From Catajapyx aquilonaris (taxonomy: Eukaryota), in assembly GCA_000934665.2 (NCBI GenBank), contig KZ538324.1, positions 62,001 through 82,895 on the forward strand: 20,895 nt of DNA, read 5' to 3'. Of this stretch, positions 19,538-20,895 are shown piece by piece (position 1 is the stretch's first letter; the number at the start of each line of letters is the position of its first letter). The position numbers were made by a program, and so were the translations under genes. A model generated the notes under the pieces. The model made no database searches. It saw nothing but the letters and a program-made list of their open reading frames with translations, and was not told the DNA's origin.

Positions 19538-20895
19538 GAAATAGATTTCATCAGGCGATAGAGCCGAAAAAGTGGGGTAAATAACTCAACCCTGACAAAA
19601 TTGGACATCATAGGCCTATATTCGCTAAAATTTTGATTTCACTTTTATACCCATCATACGCGTGTGTAGTGTAGTCTAATATAGATTGATGTAAACAGGA
19701 TACACCCGTTACATTGCTCTGAGGAAAACAATGGCAAGCCGTCTTTCCCATCTTCTTTGTGTTGTCATCATTATACGAGAGTGCAATTATTATTTTGTTT
19801 CAATTATTTAATTATGTTCTTTTGTTAGTAGTGCGACAATGAGGGCACACACTCATATTGCTTCATGGTATCGATACAGTACAATGACTTGGTTGGGTGA
19901 AAACTGTCCCAGTTTCCCACATGAAAGAAATCAGGATAGCATTTATCCTGACCTGTTATGCCACCCATGCAGTCCAAGTGCTCGCTATGAGGTCGCGATC
20001 GCAGGGGATATGCATAGTACAAGTATAGTCATAAGCTGATGACCTCATCAAGCGGAGATGATTCTCTGCACCTTTTACTGAAAATGTACTGTACACTGTT
20101 CTAAAGACTGTTTATTCCAATTATTTGAAAACGATGTGTACGGTATTATTAATGTGCTATATGCTATTGTGAACAATACGAGCCTGCACGTGAGCACTTC
20201 AGTGTATAGGCCGGTGTAGGCTACAACGATTCCATAATCAATTACTTCTATTTCAGTGTTCAGGCCGATGCGTTGGAGAGATACAGGGTGAGAGACACAG
20301 TGGCCGAGATGGCAATGGATACTTTAAAAATAAATAAATAAATAGACATTAAACGGCATTTTCAAATGCAACTGAACTAACAGGCTACTTCCACTACTAT
20401 ACTGTACATCTCGAGTATAAGAAAACCTCTATTAGAGGCACAATGAAAATATGAAACGAATAGTGGCCAAACCCCCGACCCGGGGCCCCCGTCCCCCTCT
20501 TTGTTAAAAGTCGCCATCACCACACTGAGGCAGCATCGGGGCAAGTGTCACATAAGCAGCAAAACGGGTGTAATGGCTGGTTAGGCCGTCTCTTCCCTCC
20601 AATTGAACCCTTTCATCCGGAGCCATAGAGGGTTGGGAATGTAAGACTGGCTGCTGCTTCTGTCTGTAATATTCCCCACCGAATTGAAAGGCCCCTCTGT
20701 TTTCAACAGCTGCATCTCCCGTATCAGCGGCGGCCATTCCAGAAGTAAAAATAATTTGTGGGTTGGGGCGTGTAATACGTCCTGAAAAGATCCGGGCATC
20801 GCCCACGTTTCTTTTTTCCCCCCCTATATACCCCCACCGTTATTATTATTGGTTCTGAATGAGCGGCCACCAAACAAACCCAGTGACGCTGCAGA

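Noticed and set aside
20401..20806. ORF 20504..20806 and a Tc2/pogo-like terminus TACTGTACATCTCGAGTATAAG near 20400
   Set aside because: The protein is not recognisable and no matching opposite TIR lies in the window.

Overview
This is eukaryotic genomic DNA, most likely from an insect or other arthropod (inferred from protein style, intron structure and TE types). It has one 76-N scaffold gap and one single-N join. The left half holds two convergent spliced genes. On the + strand is a 5'-truncated TRIM71/lin-41/wech-type TRIM-NHL gene: exons 1-214, 1322-2727 and 2844-2996, encoding the RING C-terminal end, one B-box, a coiled coil and six NHL repeats, with no filamin domain. On the - strand is a complete 7-coding-exon CNOT10 gene (CCR4-NOT subunit 10; 9205 to 4789, 707 aa). 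All splice phases check out. Their predicted 3' ends meet at a dyad-symmetric double poly(A) site (4750-4784). The predicted ~1.8 kb lin-41 3'UTR has no let-7 or miR-125 seed match that I could find, but it has a cluster of three miR-100 seed matches. The rest of the window is non-coding and rich in non-autonomous DNA transposons (PIF/Harbinger-, Tc1/mariner-, pogo/Tigger- and CMC-EnSpm-type), with a dense cluster at 16.7-19.5 kb that interrupts a possible decayed ORF. No RNA genes, CRISPR arrays or autonomous transposases were recognised.
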